Below, in pieces: positions 61,701-64,000 of a stretch of 64,000 bases of DNA. Both the position numbers and the translations under genes were made by a program. Within the stretch, counting starts at the first letter, position 1. Every line of letters begins with the position of its first letter. This DNA comes from Nostoc sp. GTDB taxonomy: Bacteria > Cyanobacteriota > Cyanobacteriia > Cyanobacteriales > Nostocaceae. The stretch spans positions 88,068 to 152,067 of the forward strand of contig JBALDB010000039.1 in assembly GCA_036918135.1 (NCBI GenBank), given 5' to 3'. A model generated the notes under the pieces. That model had not been told where the DNA came from, did not search any database, and worked only from the letters and a program-made list of their open reading frames with translations.

Positions 61701-62086
61701 GTATCGGTTTAGCCCGCCTTGGTGGACTGGCAATGTTGTCAACTGAAGCAATTCATCAGGATATCCAAGTCGCAATCAAAACTACCCAAAAGCAACTCAC
61801 CCAGAAACGAGGGATAGTAAACCAGCTATGCTGCGGTCATATGGGACAGATTGAATTTCTGCTATGTGCAGCCAGCCGATTAGGAAAATCAGATTTGTTG
61901 ACAGATGCCAGAGTCCATGCCTCACAGGTTGTGCAGCAAGCAAGGCAGAAAGGGTATTATCTCGAACCCGCCCTACACTCAAGCGTATACGTTCCTGGCT
62001 TGTTCCGGGGTGAGGTTGGTATTGGTTATACTTTGCTGCGCCTAACTTATCCAGAACAACTGCCTTCAATTCTTTTATGGGAATAG
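58718..62086 (+). CDS. lanM: Class II lanthipeptide synthetase
   Basis: SDPHRG, LVYKP, GWVEFV, TDCHYENII, LIDTETL, DIPFF dehydratase motifs; LanC domain GFSHG, WCHG, LCCG, GLFRG. Confidence 0.96.
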   Translation: MNAVISSISTHQLPAIANPVISTAQLHSIVSCASSLFERLDPQMFSPSAEIDEKLLQSRLDTWCQTVAKGNFEHFQQYLQWDGLNLETAKAAIAPVSLRQDAPLPNWAKTLSSVLNLAFAQAATNPDATTSQRFLIPQSPLPFEEILAPFVLFAQQQLIARTGEGYQKLTDEVHGVFERSLLGQLIDMATQPLQIAFTSWRVGQQSSFTRLLTQTQELQTRNLYVRFVRDMLQSKLTSFFVEYAALARLLATATELWVESQLEFLHHLDADWSEIAEKFNNGEPLGQVTSVQPLRSDPHRGRRSVITLKIEPNLHLVYKPKHLGTEQAYNQLLAWLNEQGSPLPLKTLQVINRDSHGWVEFVASQACENTAQIERHYQRAGMLLCLVYVLDATDCHYENIIASGEHPVLIDTETLMQHRPEIESLRNLQTAQQVALHRVDNSVMRTALLPVWHPAANGNSGFDFSGLGSHNQEARHYKGLQWSGVNTDQMALNQKLLTIDPFLAHVPTLNGQPTNLSDWIEAVVEGFEQMYHFLQEKQDVLLSEDSPLWTMAKQLVRFVFRPTNTYFRILSKLRGSEYLRDGVDRGIGLEVLKLTAAGATEKPKFWSLLQAERQQMEQLDIPFFSIYPNTDVLELSPDHHLEGFFQGSSFELVLERIENLSKSDLAIQIDFIRSTLYLRMIPGQEIAVPEKHANQTSPNVQQSSEAVLDESDLVSEVMAIARRLKERAICAPDGSVTWLAPQFIAQQQRFQYQPTGVSLFDGKLGIALFLAAVEHIKKNGEFRELCLGALQEFRQGLSQCEQPTAEFSNLNLGLAAGLGGWIYSLTKIGQFLNDDCLLADAVNLAHSIVPEAITSDRDLDIAGGTAGTLLSLLALYQVVPDPIVLERACLIGRHLLAQSVITSNGRAWKTLDGRLLTGFSHGAGGIAYALLKLAQVTNDAEFQVAAAEAIAYEQGVFLPEVGNWPDLRDFSKFLQATSKSESSSLMSSWCHGATGIGLARLGGLAMLSTEAIHQDIQVAIKTTQKQLTQKRGIVNQLCCGHMGQIEFLLCAASRLGKSDLLTDARVHASQVVQQARQKGYYLEPALHSSVYVPGLFRGEVGIGYTLLRLTYPEQLPSILLWE

Positions 62087-62482
62087 CAGCTTTTGAATCT
62101 ATCACATCTAGTTCCCGGTGCAAAACGCAAAAGCCTTGCAGTCATTGTGATAGAAAAAATATACTCAATTGCAAGGCTTATTTAGATTTTCACTATCCAT
62201 ACTATCTTCATATGTTTGAGGTTTATTGATGACTCCCCGCGCTAAAGCGTCGGGGATTTTCGCTTGCCACTCAGGACTTGCGTCTAATATCATGTCCGGC
62301 TAATCACTTATAATTACCGCATCTTTTGAAAAATCCCAAAAGCCTCTTTTCCCCCGCCCCCCTGCCTTCTAAATGAAAAGCATACCAGCTAATTATCATA
62401 GAGTCAGTTCAAGTTACTCGCTACGTTGAGAAGTCAGAACTAGATGATTCGACTGATGAGATGGATGCCGATGAGGACTGGA

Positions 62483-63037
62483 TTATGAATCGAGGGGGCC
62501 TAGCAGCCAGTAGCCAGGAGAATCAGGCGAGTCGTCGAAGTAATAGCTGCGGATGGCTTCGAGCAGATCGCTGGTGGTGATAAAGCCATCTGCGTCCTGG
62601 TCAAGGCGACGGAATACCTCGCGGGCATCTTGCTCAGATAGGTGCATCATAGCCCCAGTCCAGCGGATCTCATCACTGACGGTGAGCTTGCCATCCCCAT
62701 CCTGGTCAACGATATTCATAATAGCGCAAAGGAAAGGCATGTAGCTCTGGTCAAACGCTTCGGTGGTTTCTAGCAGTCCCGATGCGAACGCTGTTTTGTA
62801 CTCGGCTTCGCTGATACGCCCATCGGTGTTTGTGTCAGCGACTTGCAACAAGCGATTCCACAAGCCTAAGCAGACCTCAAGTAGCTGTTGTCGGGCAGGA
62901 GATTTTTCTTCATGACCGAATTCTTCAGACAGACGCGCGACTGACATCTCGAAGTCGCTCCGCTCAATAAAGCCGTTGCGATCGTCATCGAAGCTGCGGA
63001 AGCGTTTGGAGAGTTTCCGATCTAAAAAATGATTCAT
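62483..63037 (-). CDS. EF-hand protein with four EF loops (calerythrin-like)
   Basis: DDDRNGFIERSD, DTNTDGRISEAE, DQDGDGKLTVSD, DQDADGFITTSD; C-terminal PGYWLLGP. Confidence 0.88.
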   Translation of the reverse strand: MNHFLDRKLSKRFRSFDDDRNGFIERSDFEMSVARLSEEFGHEEKSPARQQLLEVCLGLWNRLLQVADTNTDGRISEAEYKTAFASGLLETTEAFDQSYMPFLCAIMNIVDQDGDGKLTVSDEIRWTGAMMHLSEQDAREVFRRLDQDADGFITTSDLLEAIRSYYFDDSPDSPGYWLLGPLDS

Positions 63038-63092
63038 ACGGTTTTTGTGACATCACATATCTGCAATAACAGAATAACGGAGAACTGTGACA

Positions 63093-63192
63093 TATAGGAG
63101 GAGGCAGGAGGCAGGAGGCAGAAGGTAAAAACCTTACTATTCCTAAGATTCACGCTTGTCATTATGTCCTAACCTACCTGGCAACTGCTATA
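63093..63192. repeat. Small MITE/SDR-like element
   Basis: TATAG...GAGGCAG heptamers...TGTCCTAACC...TGCTATA; inverted relative of 13801-13890. Confidence 0.55.
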
Positions 63193-63303
63193 AGTAACGC
63201 TAGTTCATCTTCCTGTAGTTCAAGAGAAATTGGTAAAGCTCAAACTGCGATCGATACCTATTTCCGGGAGCAAGGCGCACCTGAGCGCAACAGTGACGAC
63301 TCA

Positions 63304-63699
63304 ATGCGCCAAAGACTGACCTTAATCTGCTACGGTGAAGGTCGCAAGCCAGGTATTGAAAACCGCAACAGCTATGAATGGAACTCACGTCGTCATTGCT
63401 ATGAACTGCAAAATCGTATAGAGTCTTCAACAAACGAGTTCGATTCCGAGGTTCAAGTCGAGATTCGTAATATGCAGAGAAAAATTCATCTGGCCGGAAG
63501 GCTCATCCCGCCAATTAATTCAGGCGGTACTGATGGATGGTGGAACCTCAACGATCTCCTTGTCACACCCGAGCAAATCTCGGTAAAATATCGGGTGAAT
63601 GGGCTAAATCATCCGCGTGTTGAAATTGATCGACGCAGTAGACGGATTGCCATTAATGGGATTGAGCATTTCCGTGGTACTTGCGATTCAGGCGACTGA
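63304..63699 (+). CDS. Hypothetical protein (possibly 5'-truncated)
   Basis: 131-aa ORF with no clear RBS or family. Confidence 0.5.
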   Translation: MRQRLTLICYGEGRKPGIENRNSYEWNSRRHCYELQNRIESSTNEFDSEVQVEIRNMQRKIHLAGRLIPPINSGGTDGWWNLNDLLVTPEQISVKYRVNGLNHPRVEIDRRSRRIAINGIEHFRGTCDSGD

Positions 63700-63880
63700 A
63701 GCAGTGGCAGAACTCGTTTCTAGTCTGCTGTACTGTTGGGTTTCGTCTTTGTCTTGGCAAAACCCATGTCTTCGCAGGTTGAAAACTCGCTCCATCGGTG
63801 GCATCAAGACCTTCTCGTTTAGCAGTGAAGACTTCGTGTTGGTGTAGACGCGATCGTAGCGAGAATCACGACTACGGGAA

Positions 63881-64000
63881 TCAATTATCCACTTCTACCT
63901 TAATCTTCTGGCGAGGACAGCGCCAACTCGCACCACTAACACCAACGTTAGTGCAACCTTCGGCTTGCATTGCATCCTCTGAGACATTGTCAGGCTTGTA
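63881..64000 (-). CDS. 3' end of a gene entering from beyond the window (...YKPDNVSEDAMQAEGCTNVGVSGASWRCPRQKIKVEVDN*)
   Basis: Open frame from the window edge to a TGA at 63881-63883. Confidence 0.35.
   Translation of the reverse strand, partial: YKPDNVSEDAMQAEGCTNVGVSGASWRCPRQKIKVEVDN

Noticed and set aside
63843..63850. Second TGTAGACG as the partner Tn7 end
   Set aside because: Same orientation as the first end, no adjacent TnsB-like repeats and no ATGAG duplication

Overview
Window from a filamentous, probably heterocyst-forming cyanobacterium (Nostocales-like; inferred from abundant HIP1 GCGATCGC octamers, psaC, curT and typical short dispersed repeats). About 1-22.6 kb is mostly core or metabolic DNA: curT, a pentapeptide-repeat gene, a guanidine-utilisation operon (guanidine-I riboswitch, candidate NtcA box, gdmH-like ureohydrolase, HypA/HypB-like maturases, ABC importer), a two-component pair, an RTX-type Ca-binding protein, psaC and glmS. 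A Tn7-like end begins 26 nt after the glmS stop, and the rest is accessory DNA. It starts with a three-gene caspase-STAND-WD40 (NLR-like) module and small EF-hand and secreted genes. Next is a ~30 kb RiPP locus: five precursors with doubled NHLP leaders, a PhyH-type dioxygenase, a probable prenyltransferase-terpene cyclase fusion, LanM and a three-part NHLP exporter. The exporter operon is split by a WG-lipoprotein / TPR-CHAT / sigma factor / DUF1822 / CHAT-CHASE2 / DUF928 cassette. A bipartite motif, TGCATA-N17-CCAA(T/G), precedes the precursors, the tailoring operon and both exporter halves, suggesting a protease-controlled dedicated-sigma regulon. All family assignments come from recognised motifs; no database searches were run.
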